Source: Eledone cirrhosa
Lineage: Eukaryota
Length of the DNA stretch: 64,000 nucleotides
Direction of reading: 5' to 3'
Assembly: GCA_964016885.1 (NCBI GenBank)
Contig: OZ024740.1
Location: 419,306,001 to 419,370,000, forward strand
Shown here piece by piece: positions 30,001 to 41,327 of the stretch (position 1 is the stretch's first letter; the number at the start of each line of letters is the position of its first letter). A model generated the notes under the pieces. It saw nothing but the letters and a program-made list of their open reading frames with translations. It made no database searches and was not told where the DNA came from. The position numbers and the translations under genes were made by a program.

Positions 30001-33000
30001 GTAGTGCTGGTGCCATTACAAACAGTACCCTGTCTACCTTGTATGGAGGTAGTGCTAGTGCCACTACAAACAGTACCCTGTCCACCTTGTATGGTGGTAG
30101 TGCTGGTGCCATTACAAACAGTACCCTGTCCACCTTGTATGGAGGTAGTGCTAGTGCCATTACAAACAGTACCCTGTCCACTTTGTATGGAGGAAGTGTG
30201 GTGCCACTACAAACAGTACCCTGCCCACCTTGTATGGTGGTAGTGCTAGTGCCACTACAAACAGTACCCTGTCCGCCTTGTATGGTGGTAGTGCTGGTGC
30301 CATTACAAACAGTACCCTGTCCACCTTGTATGGAGGTAGTGCTGGTGCCACTACAAACAGTACCCTGTCTACCTTGTATGGTGGTAGTGCTAGTGCCACT
30401 ACAAACAGTACCCTGTCTACCTTGTATGGAGGTAGTGCTAGTGCCACTACAAACAGTACCCTGTCCACCTTGTATGGTGGTAGTGCTGGTGCCACTACAA
30501 ACAGTACCCTGTCTACCTTGTATGGTGGTAGTGCTAGTGCCACTACAAACAGTACCCTGTCCACCTTGTATGGAGGAAGTGTGGTGCCACTACAAACAGT
30601 ACCCTGTCCACCTTGTATGGAGGAAGTGTGGTGCCACTACAAACAGTACCCTGTCCACCTTGTATGGTGGTAGTGCTAGTGCCACTACAAACAGTACCCT
30701 GTCCACCTTGTATGGAGCTAGTGCTAGTGTCATTACAAACAGTACCCTGTCCACCTTGTATGGTGGTAGTGCTGGTGCCATTACAAACAGTACCCTGTCC
30801 ACCTTGTATGGTGGTAGTGCTAGTGCCATTACAAATAGTACCCTGTCCACCTTGTATGGTGGTAGTGCTAGTGCCACTACAAACAGTACCCTGTCCACCT
30901 TGTATGGAGGTAGTGCTGGTGCCATTACAAACAGTACCCTGTCCACCTTGTATGGAGGTAGTGCTAGTGCCACTACAAACAGTACCCTGTCTGCCTTGTA
31001 TGGTGGTAGTGCTAGTGCCACTACAAACAGTACCCTGTCCACCTTGTATGGAGGTAGTGCTAGTGCCACTACAAACAGTACCCTGTCCACCTTGTATGGT
31101 GGTAGTGCTGGTGCCATTACAAACAGTACCCTGTCCACCTTGTATGGAGGTAGTGCTGGGGCCATTACAAACAGTACCCTGTCTACCTTGTATGGAGGTA
31201 GTGCTAGTGCCACTACAAACAGTACCCTGTCTGCCTTGTATGGTGGTAGTGCTAGTGCCACTACAAACAGTACCCTGTCCACCTTGTATGGAGGTAGTGC
31301 TGGTGCCATTACAAACAGTACCCTGTCCACCTTGTATGGAGGTAGTGCTAGTGCCACTACAAACAGTACCCTGTCTGCCTTGTATGGTGGTAGTGCTAGT
31401 GCCACTACAAACAGTACCCTGTCCACCTTGTATGGAGGTAGTGCTAGTGCCACTACAAACAGTACCCTGTCCACCTTGTATGGTGGTAGTGCTAGTGCCA
31501 CTACAAACAGTACCCTGTCTGCCTTGTATGGTGGTAGTGCTAGTGCCACTACAATCAGTACCCTGTCTACCTTGTATGGAGGTAGTGCTAGTGCCATTAC
31601 AAACAGTACCCTGTCTACCTTGTATGGAGGTAGTGCTGGTGCCACTACAAACAGTACCCTGTCTGCCTTGTATGGTGGTAGTGCTAGTGCCACTACAATC
31701 AGTACCCTGTCCACCTTGTATGGAGGTAGTGCTAGTGCCATTACAAACAGTACCCTGTCTACCTTGTATGGAGGTAGTGCTGGTGCCACTACAAACAGTA
31801 CCCTGTCTGCCTTGTATGGTGGTAGTGCTAGTGCCACTACAAACAGTACCCTGTCTACCTTGTATGGAGGTAGTGCTAGTGCTATTACAAACAGTACCAT
31901 GTCCACCTTGTATGGTGGTAGTGCTAGTGCAATTACAAACAGTAGCCTGTCCACCTTGTATGAAGGTAGTGTGGTGCCATTACAAACAGTACCCTGTCCA
32001 CCTTGTATGGTGGTAGTGTGGGGCCATTACAAACAGTACCCTGTCCACCTTGTATGGAGGTAGTGTGGTGCCAATACAAACAGTACCCTGTCCACCTTGT
32101 ATGGTGGTAGTGTTAGTGCCTCTACAAACAGTACCCTGTCTACCTTGTATGGAAGTAGTGTGGTGCCAATACAAACAGTACCCTGTCCACCTTGTATGGT
32201 GGTAGTGCTAGTAATACTACAAACAGTACCCTGTCCACCTTGTATGGAGGTAGTGCTGGTGCCACTACAAACAGTACCCTGTCCACCTTGTATGGAGGTA
32301 GTGCTAGTGCCACTACAAACAGTACCCTGTCCACCTTGTATGGTGGTAGTGCTGGTGCCACTACAAACAGTACCCTGTCTACCTTGTATGGAGGTAGTGC
32401 TAGTGCCACTACAAACAGTACCCTGTCCACCTTGTATGGAGGTAGTGCTAGTGCCATTACAAACAGTACCCTGTCTACCTTGTATGGAGGTAGTGCTAGT
32501 GCCACTACAAACAGTACCCTGTCCACCTTGTATGGTGGTAGTGCTGGTGCCACTACAAACAGTACCCTGTCTACCTTGTATGGTGGTAGTGCTGGTGCCA
32601 CTACAAACAGTACCCTGTCTACCTTGTATGGTGGTAGTGCTAGTACCACTACAAACAGTACCCTGTCTACCTTGTATGGAGGTAGTGCTAGTGCCATTAC
32701 AAACAGTACCCTGTCTACCTTGTATGGAGGTAGTGCTAGTGCCACTACAAACAGTACCCTGTCCACCTTGTATGGTGGTAGTGCTGGTGCCACTACAAAC
32801 AGTACCCTGTCTACCTTGTATGGTGGTAGTTTTGGTGCCACTACAAACAGTACCCTGTCTACCTTGTATGGTGGTAGTGCTAGTACCACTACAAACAGTA
32901 CCCTGTCTACCTTGTATGGAGGTAGTGCTAGTGCCATTACAAACAGTACCCTGTCCACCTTGTATGGAGGTAGTGCTAGTGCCACTACAAACAGTACCCT

Positions 33001-34140
33001 GTCCACCTTGTATGGAGGTAGTGCTAGTGCCACTACAAACAGTACCCTGTCCACCTTGTATGGTGGTAGTGCTGGTGCCACTACAAACAGTACCCTGTCC
33101 ACCTTGTATGGAGGTAGTGCTGGTGCCACTACAAACAGTACCCTGTCCACCTTGTATGGAGGTAGTGCTAGTGCCACTACAAACAGTACCCTGTCTACCT
33201 TGTATGGAGGTAGTGCTAGTGCCATTACAAACAGTACCCTGTCTACCTTGTATGGAGGTAGTGCTAGTGTCATTACAAACAGTACCCTGTCTACCTTGTA
33301 TGGTGGTAGTGCTGGTGCCACTACAAACAGTCCCCTGTCTACCTTGTATGGTGGTAGTGCTGGTGCCACTACAAACAGTACCCTGTCTACCTTGTATGGA
33401 GGTAGTGTTAGTACCACTACAAAAAGTACCCTGTCTACCTTGTATGGTGGTAGTGTGGTGCCACTACAAACAGTACCCTGTCCACCTTGTATGGTGGTAG
33501 TGCTGGTGCCATTACAAACAGTACCCTGTCTACCTTGTATGGAGGTAGTGCTGGTGCCATTACAAACAGTACCCTGTCTACCTTGTATGGAGGTAGTGCT
33601 GGTGCCACTACAAACAGTACCCTGTCTACCTTGTATGGAGGTAGTGCTGGTGCCACTACAAACAGTACCCTGTCTGCCTTGTATGGAGGTAGTGCTAGTG
33701 TCATTACAAACAGTACCCTGTCCACCTTGTATGGTGGTAGTGTGGTGCCATGACAAACAGTACCCTGTCTACCTTGTATGGAGGTAGTGCTGGTGCCATT
33801 ACAAACAGTACCCTGTCCACCTTGTATGGTGGTAGTGTGGTGCCAAGACAAACAGTACCCTGTCCACCTTGTATGGAGGTAGTGCTGGTGCCATTACAAA
33901 CAGTACCCTGTCTACCTTGTATGGATGTAGTACTAGTGCCATTACAAACAGTACCCTGTCTACCTTGTATGGATGTAGTACTTGTGCCATTACAAACAGT
34001 ACCCTGTCTACCTTGTATGGAGGTAGTGCTAGTGCCATTACAAACAGTACCCCGTCCACCTTATGTAGAGGTAGTGCTGGTGCCATTACAAACAGTACCC
34101 TGTCTACTTTGTATGCTGGTAGTGTTACTGCCATGACAAA
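1..34140. repeat. 48-bp tandem satellite/megasatellite array (~710 monomers, continues beyond left edge), intronic
   Basis: Consensus TGTCCACCTTGTATGGAGGTAGTGCTAGTGCCACTACAAACAGTACCC repeated head-to-tail throughout. Variant sites TCC/TCT, GGA/GGT, CTA/CTG, CAC/CAT. Frequent 47-bp units (GTAGTGTGGTGCC). Copy number estimated as length/48. Confidence 0.99.
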
Positions 34141-34590
34141 AGAGCACCCAGTTCACTCTTTAAGGTAGTTGTGCTGGTGCTATGAGAAAAATCATTCAGT
34201 TCACCCTGTAAGTGGGTAATGCTGGTGCCACGACAATAAGTATGCAGTCTACTCTGAAAGGTGGTAGTGCTGATGCCATGACAACCCCCCCCCCCCACCC
34301 TTGTCCACTTTGTAAGGTGGTAGTGCTTGTTTCATGAGAAAAAGCACCAAATCCATTTTACTCTACAAAGTGCTAGTACTGGGGCCACAATAAACTGCTC
34401 ATAGTACACACTGTAAGATGGTTGTTGTTACGGAGGACATTTAGTCGTAGAAACCAAGCCAAAAACAAGACGGATGAGAAAGACGTTGTCACCTGGCCAG
34501 TCTAGCCTCAGAACGTGACAACCTGTCTAAACCATAGAAAATAGACTTTTAACAGTGATGGTGATAGTGATGTTGATAGTGATGGTGCTG
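34130..34590 (+). mobile_element. Degenerate satellite monomers grading into the 3' tail of an RTE-associated retroposon
   Basis: About 6 decayed units (e.g. GCTGGTGCCACGACAATAAG, AAAAGCACCAAATCC) are followed by ACACTGTAAGATGGTTGTTGTTACGGAGGACATTTAGTCGTAGAAACCAAGCC...GACAACCTGTCTAAACCAT and a (GAT)n-like tail. This is collinear with the copies at 39460-39730 (+) and 57158-57445 (-). Confidence 0.8.
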
Positions 34591-34971
34591 ACATAAGAAA
34601 CTGAAGAAAGCTGAAAAGTTTATAAAAACATAAGACAAGTTTTTATATTTTTGTCACTCTTGATTGTTTTATATATATTTCTTTTTACCTATGGAATAAA
34701 TAACATTGAAAGTAATTTTATAATGTTGCTGTTATGGATCTTTAAGCTTGTAAAAGATGAACTGTTGACAATGTTTACTGCAGACCTGTTATTCAACTGG
34801 TCAGCAGAAAAAAAAACTTCTGGTTCGGCAGGTAACAAGACCTGAACTTCAGCAGCAGATTGCTCCTTCTTACATTTGTTTGACATTCAATAAATCACAG
34901 TTCAGCAAATCACAGTTTGTTGTTATTTTGTATATATAATTTAAGTAAAGCTACATTGTATTATTTTATAG

Positions 34972-35117
34972 GTGATGACCGTGGTCCAGTTTTGGAGGTT
35001 ATTGTGTCTCGTACCAATTTTATATCATCCCACACAGAAAGAAATGTACGAGTAGTTGGTTTGTCTACAGCGTTAGCCAATGCTAGAGATCTTGCAGATT
35101 GGCTTGGAATCAAACAA
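34972..35117 (+). CDS. ASCC3: ASCC3 (activating signal cointegrator 1 complex subunit 3, Ski2-like helicase) internal exon, second helicase cassette around motif III
   Basis: TTTATAG acceptor and GTAAGT donor; 146 nt (phase 1 to 0). Encodes (G)[48 protein letters not shown], matching the ASCC3 sequence as I recall it. Confidence 0.93.
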
Positions 35118-35289
35118 GTAAGTCTAACAATTCTACATGAATTATTACTTTCAACGATAATCTGATTTTCCACTACCTCATACATTTTTCTGCTTAAAAC
35201 ATTTTCAAAACTATTTATCACTGAAGACATTATTACTTACCTATGGGGATGACTCTTGTGTAATGACTGAAAGAATACAATCACAAATA

Positions 35290-35660
35290 CAAGTGCCAGA
35301 AATGGGGTTCTTCTGAAGGGTCTATAGAGAACATAGCTTAAAGATCAGAGAGTCACTCCAGGTAGAGCCTCTACTTTTCCGAATTAAGAGATTACAGCTC
35401 TGATATTACGGGTTTGTGGTTAGAATGTCTCATGAAAGAATCACTGGACAGATTTTATGAGCAAAACCAACAGGCAGGAGACCCAGGGGTAGACCCCAAG
35501 CAAGATGGTTTGATAACGTCCATGAGCTTCGTTGGTCTCACGTAGGGATCCAGCCGGATCAGTTGGAGACAGTTGCTTCTGTCAGGACCCGTTGGAGGGA
35601 GTGTATGTGGACTTTGCCCCCATGACCCTCTCAGGAATATGTGGGCGAAGAAGTAGTAGG
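35290..35660 (+). mobile_element. Degenerate non-LTR retrotransposon (RTE-like) ORF 3' end fragment
   Basis: Reads as a decayed VVRMSHERIT...GRRPRGRP C-terminus. Homologous to 50878-51385. Confidence 0.65.
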
Positions 35661-35744
35661 AGACATTATTACTGTCAAATTAGTTACACTAAATGTATTG
35701 AACAATTTTTTTTCTATTCTGAAATTAATTATAATGTGTATATA

Positions 35745-35910
35745 TCATCATTTCATTTTACGTCCGCTTTTCCTTGTTTGCAAAGGTGGGACGGGAACTG
35801 ATTCTGGCTTGTTTTCTACAGCTGGATGCCCTTCCTAACACCAACCTCATTTACAGTGAGTGCTCGGTGCTTTTTTGCCGTGGCACCTCCACGACCACTT
35901 TGCAGTGGAA
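35745..35910 (-). mobile_element. Retroposon 3' tail fragment (RTE 3' UTR family)
   Basis: CATCATTTCATTTTACGTCCGC tail and TTTCTACAGCTGGATGCCCTTCCTAACACC...TTTTTGCCGTGGCACCTCCACGACC, nearly identical to parts of 57260-57425. Confidence 0.75.
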
Positions 35911-35932
35911 TGATATGGACCCCAGTCCCTAT

Positions 35933-36078
35933 CATCTCATTTCTACAGCTGAGTAAACTGGAGCAATGTGAAATAAAGTGTCTTGCTCAAGGAAACAACA
36001 CATCACCCGGTCTGAGAATTGAACTCACAACCTTTCGATTGCAAGGCCAATGCTCTAACCACTAAGCCATGTGCCTCC
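35933..36078 (-). mobile_element. tRNA-derived SINE head and core
   Basis: Minus strand GGAGGCACATGGCTTAGTGGTTAGAG (A box)...GAGTTCAATTC (B box)...CCTTGAGCAAGACACTT core. Similar copies at 46853-47110 and 47355-47695. Confidence 0.75.
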
Positions 36079-36099
36079 ATCTATATATATATATAAACT

Positions 36100-36393
36100 A
36101 TATAAGAGGGATAAGTTGTGGTGTGCAAGTGAGAAAACTGAGATGGTATGGACATGTGATGTGCATGGAGGATGACCGCTGGGTAAAGAAGTGCCAAGAA
36201 ATCCCAGTAGAAGGAAGATGCAGGAGAGGTAGACCACGAAAAACATGGGCGGAGGTGGTGAGAGCAGAGCTCTGATCACTGAAGCTCATGGAGGAGATGA
36301 TGAAGGACCGTGACAAGTGGAGAGATGCTGTGCTGAATAAGACCCGTCCCACCCTTGCAAGCAGGGAAAAGCGGCCGTAAAATGATGATGATG
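36100..36393 (+). mobile_element. RTE-type LINE 3' end (5'-truncated)
   Basis: Encodes RKLRWYGHVMCMEDDRWVKKC...GRCRRGRPRKTW and ends in GCGGCCGTAAAA(TGA)n. An inverted homologue lies at 44104-44301. Confidence 0.8.
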
Positions 36394-36555
36394 TATATAG
36401 TAAGAGAGACAGGGAGGGAGGAAAGGATGTGAAACACAATCAGATAGAAATTCAAACTGCTTATCATATTACATCATATATACTGTTTTAATTTAGTATA
36501 ACTATTAAACAATGAGAGCAGCATGTGTAGAAGGTAATTTCCCAGTAAGCTTGTT

Positions 36556-36948
36556 GTATGAACAGAAATCTCGATGTATGAACAGAAATCTCGATGTATG
36601 ACAGACATCTCGATGTATGACAGGCATCTCGATGTATGACAGACATCTAGATGTATGACAGACATCTAGATGTACGATAGACATCTCGGTGTACGACAGA
36701 CACCTCAATGTATGACATAATTTTGATGTATGACAGTCATCTCAATGTATGACAGACATCTAGATGTATAACAGACATCTCAATGTACGATAGACATCTC
36801 GGTGTATAAACAGACATCTAGATGTATGATATACATATTGATGTATGACAGACATCTAGATGTGTGGCAGACATCTCAATGTACGATAGACATCTTGATG
36901 TATGAACAGACATCTAGATGTATGATAGACATCTTGATGTATGATCAG
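36556..36948. repeat. 19-20 bp minisatellite (~20 copies) with palindromic core
   Basis: Unit GACAGACATCTAGATGTAT. The core ACATCTAGATGT is a perfect 12-bp palindrome. Confidence 0.9.
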
Positions 36949-37084
36949 ACTAGCGTAAAAAATGGATGTTAAACGATGATGATGATGATCTTGGTGTATG
37001 AACAGATGAGAGCACAGCATGTGTAGAAGTTAATCTCACAGTAGGCTTGATGTATTAAGGCATATTGATGTATGAACAGTCTTT

Positions 37085-37268
37085 ATTCTCAGTTGTAATC
37101 ATGACATAGGCTTTACCTCGCATAATTATCTCACATATCGAATCTATGAGATTTTGAAAGTATTGAGAACAATACCTTAACACCAGTTTGAGCAACCAGT
37201 TACAGCCAGTTTCAACAGAAAGAGCTAGAGAATTTTGGCCGGTTTTGCCTGGTTTGAATATTAAAGGG
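37085..37268. mobile_element. Degenerate copy of the TTAA MITE family
   Basis: Shares the internal sequence ATCGAATCTATGAGATTTTG...GAGAACAATACCTTAAC...GAGAATTTTGGCCGG and a decayed right TIR with 37519-37724. Confidence 0.65.
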
Positions 37269-37518
37269 TGAAGGCCATTTTCTCTGCTACAGTGGAGGAT
37301 TAGCCCTATAAACCCCAAAGAATATCCTCTGTTTTGACTTCATGATGCCCATTTAGTCACCAACACTTATATATGTCTCTTATGACATGCAGGAATATGG
37401 AGTGTTTATTCTAAAACTGGTGTACATAATAAAACTTTCTCTTTGATTGTCAAAGATATATCTGGAAGGGAGAAGAAAGTATGGCATTAATTTTATTCTT
37501 GTTCCTTATGGTGGTTAA

Positions 37519-37724
37519 CCCTTTAGCATTTACATTACTTTATATATACTATTATATTCTCATGGTAAAGGCTCCCTCACATAATATCGAATCTACGAAA
37601 TTTTTATATTATTTATTTTGAGAACAATATCTTAACATCAGTATGAGTAGCTAGTTATGGCCACTTTGAACAGAAAGAGGTGAGAGAATTCTGGCCGGAT
37701 ATGGCCGGTTTAAATGCTAAAGGG
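37519..37724. mobile_element. piggyBac-type MITE (206 bp)
   Basis: TIRs CCCTTTAGCATTTA / TAAATGCTAAAGGG with TTAA on both flanks. Confidence 0.85.
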
Positions 37725-39002
37725 TTAAATATTATAAGTACCATATTTCCCTGTGTTGAAGAAACTTTTTTTCCCCTAAAATAAATCTTGAAAATCTACC
37801 ATTGTCCTGGAGGCTGAAGGTTGTATTTATCATAGGCATATCCTAACCCCAGAGGAAAATTATCTATGCTAGACAGTAATCTGAACTCGTGTATATGACC
37901 TCTCAATGAAGTCTATAAATTATACTTAGTTAAAGTAGTAAATAAACAAAAGTATATATGCAACCACAAAACTTCATTCTTGGTATCGACAGTCTGGCAG
38001 ATTAGGCAACAGATGAGTGATATTGTTACATGTTGTCTATCAGTATTGCTGGTATTTTCACTCTCTTTAAACAACCTGGTTTTAAGGTAACATTATTAAA
38101 TGACAAAAAAGTAAAATTGTGCTATATTAAAAGGGTTCACCAGCAAATATTAATAACAAGACTTATGTTTATTATTTTTTTTTTCAAATTTTTGGTTGCC
38201 AACATTGGGGTACGTCCTCGAGGGTGAAACATCTTTGATGTTGGGAAATATGGTAGATTATATTAATATAACCTCATTATAATATTTAATCACCATAAGG
38301 TTCTAATTAATGTCATGCTTTCATCTCTCCCCACCAGGTATATATTTGACACTTTATATAGAAAGGAATAACTGAACTGTTGAGTTGTAAGGACTCCACT
38401 AAAGAATTGTTTTTATTAGGGCTAATTTACCTGGAAGTCTATTTGTCTGTCTGTTTGTCTTTCTTGCTTTCTACTTCAAGCAATAAATCAATTTATCAAT
38501 GCAGCTGTTGCATGTAGCAGTGAGGTGTACCAATTGTACTAATAATTTATATCATCTAGGTAGACTAGGCCATTAACATTTACATGCCTTAGGCCCATGT
38601 ACAGGTTAATTGGTGGTGGTGGTGTTATGATGGTGGTGGTGGGTAATAAAATCAATAGATTATCAGATAATCAACTGAGGGGTTGATGGTTTATGTCCTG
38701 TCATTGATAGTTCACTGTATTCAGAGTAAAAAACATTTAACTCTCAAGGACCAAATATATCTAGGAATATATCAGCAATAATATCTTATATCAAGCAGTG
38801 GCATTAGTTGGAATGAATTCTGTACAGGTTGGGCCATGTGAAGGTTGCTATCGGGAGGAGTAATAACACAGTGGAATCGGAGTATTTTGTTAGATAGAGC
38901 AGAGTCTTATACAAGAGAGTGTTGGGGAACCAGAAACAAGCACTATGACATTACATCTTTGGGATTCAGAAAAGAATTTTAAAAGTAATATATTGCTATT
39001 AA

Positions 39003-39075
39003 CCCTTTAGCATTTAAACCAGCCATATACAGCCAGAATTCTCTCACCTTTTTCTGTTTTAGCTGGCTGTTTATA
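39003..39075. mobile_element. Truncated piggyBac-type MITE end
   Basis: TTAA + CCCTTTAGCATTTAAACCAGCCATATACAGCCAGAATTCTCTCACC; orientation opposite to the 37519 copy. Confidence 0.65.
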
Positions 39076-39459
39076 AAAGCCAAGGTGTTGGTGAGGAAGG
39101 TGCTAACGACAGGGTAAAATGGAGAAGCTTTTCAGGGTGTCTGCCTGGCTAAGCTCTGCTTTAGCAAGAAAATTGCCTTAAAATGTTTCTTGTTGCAATT
39201 CTACATTCATTATGAGTTAGCTTTGCTTTTCATCCTTTTGGGATGAATAAAATAAGTACCAGCCATGTACTGGGGTCAATGTAATTGACTTTCTCCTCCC
39301 TCAAATTTTTGGCCTTTTGCCTAGGTCAGAAATTATTATTGGCATCTCTTGATGTCAAGAATTTGATGCTTTTGAATTCATCTATGTATTCTAATATGAC
39401 AGTATAAGCTTATTTTTGATTTAATAGAACACTCAAAGTAAGGACATTGGAATTAATGC

Positions 39460-39730
39460 CCCACCCCCTCCCACTGCAAAGTGGTCATGGAGGTGCCACG
39501 GCAAAAAAGCACTCAGCCCACACTGTAAAGTGGATGTGTAGGTGCCACGGAAAAAAAAATTCCCAGCACTCACTGTAAATGAGGGGCTGTAGAAATCAAG
39601 CCAGAATCAGTTCCTGTATGAGCAAGACAAGATCAGCCGACTGGACACTGCCCACAACAGGACAACCCGTCTAATCCATGCTCGCATGGAAGAACGGACG
39701 TAAAACGGTGATGATGAGGATGATGATGTA
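39460..39730 (+). mobile_element. RTE-associated retroposon 3' UTR copy with two internal ~49-bp units
   Basis: GGTGCCACGGCAAAAAAGCACTCAGCCCACACTGTAAAG-like unit twice, then GTAGAAATCAAGCC...GGAAGAACGGACGTAAAACGG(TGA)n. Matches the reverse complement of 57158-57445. Confidence 0.85.
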
Positions 39731-39998
39731 CCTTATTCTTGACCTGCTTCCTGTTGACAATGTTCAGCTTTCTCTTTAAAGTTACTTTCACAGAAGTCAG
39801 CTCCAATATGGTAATTTCTCCTTCAGAGTGGATGGTCACATGCATCAATATCATGAAGAAGCAACAATATCAAACTGTTTAAAATGTTCACTTTAGTTGA
39901 TCCTTGTACACACTGTCACTTCAGTGCTCCACTATTCTTCTTGTAATTCTCCATACATAATAAGCATCTTTAACAGTTGACAATCCAACATTGTTTAA

Positions 39999-40202
39999 CC
40001 CTTTAGCATTTAAACCAGTCGTATCCAGCCAGAATTCTCTCACCTCTTTCTGTTCAAACTGGCCATAACCGGATGCTCATACTTATGTTAAGGCATTGTT
40101 CTCAAAATAAAAAAATATCAAAATATCATAGATTCGATATTATGTCAGTTAAAGTGTTTACTGTGGAAATACAATAGTATATATAATGTAAATGCTAAAG
40201 GG
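39999..40202. mobile_element. piggyBac-type MITE (204 bp), inverted relative to the 37519 copy
   Basis: TTAA-CCCTTTAGCATTTA...TAAATGCTAAAGGG-TTAA. Confidence 0.85.
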
Positions 40203-40591
40203 TTAAATATGAGTAAACCATAGCAGCTGGTGATACAACTCTCTAGCCTCAACTCTAAACCCAATAGTGTTTGACGATGTTTAAGCATTGCAGTTTTGAG
40301 TTTTGAAAGCATATAAATAAATGTTCCAGTTACAACTATGTACACATTATTAAAAGATTTTCCTGTAACATTGATATTCTAATTCTTCAAGGTTTTTTTT
40401 TTTCTCAAAATGTTTTTGTTGCTTCTAATAATAAAATTTATAAAGTTTATTTATACACTTGCAATTTTGACTAAACGAGTTTAGAATATATATATATATT
40501 TTTAAAGGACTACAGCAATGCAAATAGTATACTAAATGTTAAAAAATAACAATACTGAAGTTGTTTGAATGCTACCTTAGAGGTGTTTAAA

Positions 40592-41200
40592 TCATCACCA
40601 CCACCGTTTAACGTCCATTTCCCCCCACTAACATGGGTTAGACGAGTTGTTCTATTATGAGAAATGCCAGGTCAGGTGACCATGCCTTGCTCCTATAGAA
40701 CTGTTTATGGTTAGGTTTCTATAGCTGCATGCCCTTCCTAATGTCAACCACATTTACAGTGTTTGCTGGGTGCTTTTTTGTCGTGACACCTACATGACCA
40801 CTTTACAGTGTGGGCTGGGTGCTTTTTGTCATGACACCTACACGGCTGGCTACTTTACAGTGTGGGCTGGGGACTTTGGTGAGAGAGGTGTGTGGGAATT
40901 GGAAAGGTGGGTGTTTGGGCATGTGTGAGGGGTGTAGTGTTAGGACGTGGGAGGAGGTGAAGGTGGTGTATACTAGATGTATGCTTCAGCCTGTGCTCAC
41001 AGGAGGTGTATGGAATGGGTTGGGATGGCAATGAAGGTGGTGCATACTGTGTGTGTGCTTCAGCTTGTGTGCAAGGGAAGGTGGGTCTTCTGTATAATGC
41101 CAGAGATCTCGGCCCTGTGTCGTCGCCTTTGAGAGGTGCAATTGTACAAGGTCAGCTTTTATCAACTTATCCCTTAATATTTCTGGGTAAAATCCCTTCA
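40592..41200 (-). mobile_element. RTE LINE 3' end with 3' UTR carrying 2-3 internal units
   Basis: Minus strand IKADLVQLHLSKATTQGRDLW (compare IKTDLTQLHLSKAMTHNCDLW in 57458-57709). TTTACAGTGTGGGCTGGGTGCTTTTTGTC repeats and a CATCACC...TTTAACGTCC tail. Confidence 0.75.
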
Positions 41201-41327
41201 TTATTATTTTTTAATGTCTTATTTACATTCCTGTAACCTAAAAAAAAACCTACACTATTTTCTGTGTTTCACATAGAAGCAAACTACAACAGCCTCCTAA
41301 GTTTATTTTTCATGCTTTCTTCTCCAG

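Noticed and set aside
1-34140. CRISPR array
   Set aside because: There are no unique spacers or cas genes, and the context is a spliceosomal-intron eukaryotic gene.
27-34168. Giant overlapping ORFs (CPPCMEVVLVPLQTVP, VDRVLFVVALALPPYK and TTSIQGGQGTVCSGTS repeats) as protein-coding genes
   Set aside because: A 48-bp unit is divisible by 3 and four of six frames lack stops, so long ORFs arise automatically. They switch frame at every 47-bp unit and have no unique domains.
35990-36078. Functional tRNA genes (also at 46853 and 47640)
   Set aside because: A/B boxes are present but I see no complete cloverleaf, and each continues into a shared SINE core.
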